A stretch of DNA of 64,000 nt from Isurus oxyrinchus (Eukaryota), in contig JANJGN010000007.1 of NCBI GenBank assembly GCA_026770705.1, positions 109,244,001 to 109,308,000 on the forward strand, in the 5' to 3' direction. The first letter of the stretch is position 1, and each line of letters starts with the position of its first letter. The notes below the pieces were generated by a model. That model made no database searches. It saw nothing but the letters and a program-made list of their open reading frames with translations, and was not told the DNA's origin. Below, in pieces: positions 61,869 to 64,000 of this stretch. Position numbers and translations under genes: made by a program.

Positions 61869-64000
61869 AAAAAGTAATGTTTTCTATATTTAAAATAACC
61901 TATTATTTATAAGTTTGTACTATTTGATTCTAAAGTATCTTAAATCATCAGGTTTCTATAAATATAAATTAAGGCTCATGGAGTTGCTTTTCCTGAGGTT
62001 CTCCACTACCACAACTGTTTTTGTTTGATGGGAAACGTTTGTCATGTGATGGCTAGTTTGATGATCCATTTGACAGCCTCCGAAATACCAGATGGTGAAC
62101 AGACCTCAGTGGGCTGGCTGATGTGATGCGTTCCATGATCTGTGATGCACAGCCACAATTGCACTTTGTGTCACACCTCCGATTCGACTTTCAGAGAAGG
62201 TAGCTGTATTATCCATGCCCAGTGAAGATGGACTTGAAACCTGAGGGAGATCAATAGCAGGGACATCTTAATGGCAATCTACATGTGGTCTCGCTATGTG
62301 GGCAAGTTTATTGAGAACTTGCCAGCTAATATCATCAAGAAGATAAATGAAAGTGGCCTTCCAGTTTTTTAAAGCATGAACGCATCACTATGTGCTTCAC
62401 TCATGCACTGTAACGTTAGCAGAAGAGCTGTCGGGACAATGGAAAGCTTTTATAACTGTCTTCTTACTAATGTTCCCGTGGTATTGCAATGGAAGCTTCA
62501 GCTTCACGTGAGGGAAAATATTAGAAATTTCCCTGCCCCAAACTTATTCCTGTAGCACTTACTTTAAGACTTTAACAGTATACTGCTGAAGTATAGTATA
62601 AAATTAATCCCTCTGCCTGAGAAATACAGGTAAGAATATACCATACTTGCTTCATCCAACAACCTCAATAACTCTGAACCAAAATCTTGGAAGTTGCATT
62701 AGAGTCAGAAGAAAAATTAAATGCTAAAAGGGCTCTCAAAACTGAATCAGCATTTCTAATTAACTTGAAACACTTGAGCTATGGGTCAAAGGCACATGGA
62801 GCATCTGCTGTTTGTGATTTGAACATGTTGACTGAAAATGAATTTACAGCTGCAATGACTGACAAACTTGGGATTTGGTTTCCATTTTTGCACTCTTCAG
62901 AGAAATGCTCACATAAAGCAATTCTTGTTTCATAATCTGAATGAATATAAATAATAAATTCTCACTATATTCTGAGTAGAGAGACTTCATCGCAAATGGG
63001 TGAAACTAAGACCAAGACTCAGTGTAGGATAAAATCTAAAGCTGGTGAGAGTAATAGGGGAAAAATCTGATTCAGGAAGTCGTAGTTGTCAATGTCAAGC
63101 ATGGCTTTCAAATCCGTGTAGATATTTAGAGGATGTGAACACTGTCCTGGGTAGGGAGCTTCACAATTAGTGATTGAGACAGTTCCATGAATTTGCATTT
63201 CAACAAAGTGAGGTTACAGGAAGGAGGAACAGTGTGTATTTTGAACTTAGACGAAACAAGATAGGAAATTCAATTGATAAGTGGCCATTGTAGTATCTTC
63301 AAAATAAAGATAGGTGGGAAAAGGTAGAGAGAAGTTGGAGACAAGAAGGGAGGGAAGGATGCACAAAAAGATAAGATTGGTCATAAGAGAGCCTCTTTCG
63401 ATATAGCAGGGTTTAAATCTTTGAACTAATTGAAAACAAATGTTCAGTCTTAAAGTAGATAGCAATCTTCTTGGACGCAACTTTTACTGGTGAAATATGT
63501 AGCTTCAGTGGGTAATGTAAAAAAATAATTCAGTGGATAAGGGCTAAATATTGGAAAAATATAAGAGGTTAGACTTGCCGAATAATTTGCAAGCAACATA
63601 AAAAAACTGTTTCTGAACAGTTGGCAAAATCAAAACTTTTTATCGCACTGAATGCTCTGTTGTAAACTAATTTGCATAATTAATAACAAGAAAATACTTA
63701 GAGTCAAACATGACTAAAAAGGACAGCAATGGGTGGGAGTGAAAAATTATATGTAACTCAGAGTTAAATGGATTGGAACAATTAAAGGCAGTGTCACAAT
63801 AGGCAACAAAAATTCAGAAAGTCTTGAGATTGTTCAAAAGCATTTCAGGCACTTAGCAATATTTGCCAAGGCTGTAGGGAAAGGGGATTTAAAAACAGAC
63901 TTCAAAACAAAAAGGAAAGGGAAGCGGAGGTCTATGTATGAGTCTGAAGAATAATGGTGGGAAAACAAACACCGAACCATGCAAGAACTTAAGAAATAGG

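Noticed and set aside
62640-63480. Minus-strand segments 62650-62830 and ORF 63247-63480 as exons
   Set aside because: Stops in all frames, or no donor; the hydrophobicity is explained by pyrimidine-rich composition.

Overview
Repeat-rich vertebrate genomic DNA, most likely a shark or other cartilaginous fish (inferred from the repeat families: CR1 LINEs, Penelope-like GIY-YIG elements, two-gene Harbinger transposons, Tx1-like LINEs, DeuSINE). No intact host gene is evident, and almost all listed ORFs are transposon fragments or antisense shadows. Manual translation found several features the ORF track misses. (1) A minus-strand spliced pseudogene with leader, single-exon germline-joined VJ Ig domain, C1-set domain and candidate TM exon(s): a non-rearranging antigen-receptor-like (SIRP/NKp30-type) gene. 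(2) A processed LSM8 retrocopy joined directly to 5'-truncated Tx1-like LINEs, nested in a Harbinger. (3) Young Penelope-like terminal repeats carrying a minimal hammerhead ribozyme with a non-canonical CUGUCGA core, including a perfect palindromic insertion (102-bp arms) with a 13-bp TSD. (4) A tRNA-Pro(AGG) pseudogene with a 19-nt insertion at the canonical 37/38 intron position, followed by tRNA-Thr-like tandem units just upstream of the Ig-like gene. Boundaries of old repeats are approximate and were read by eye.
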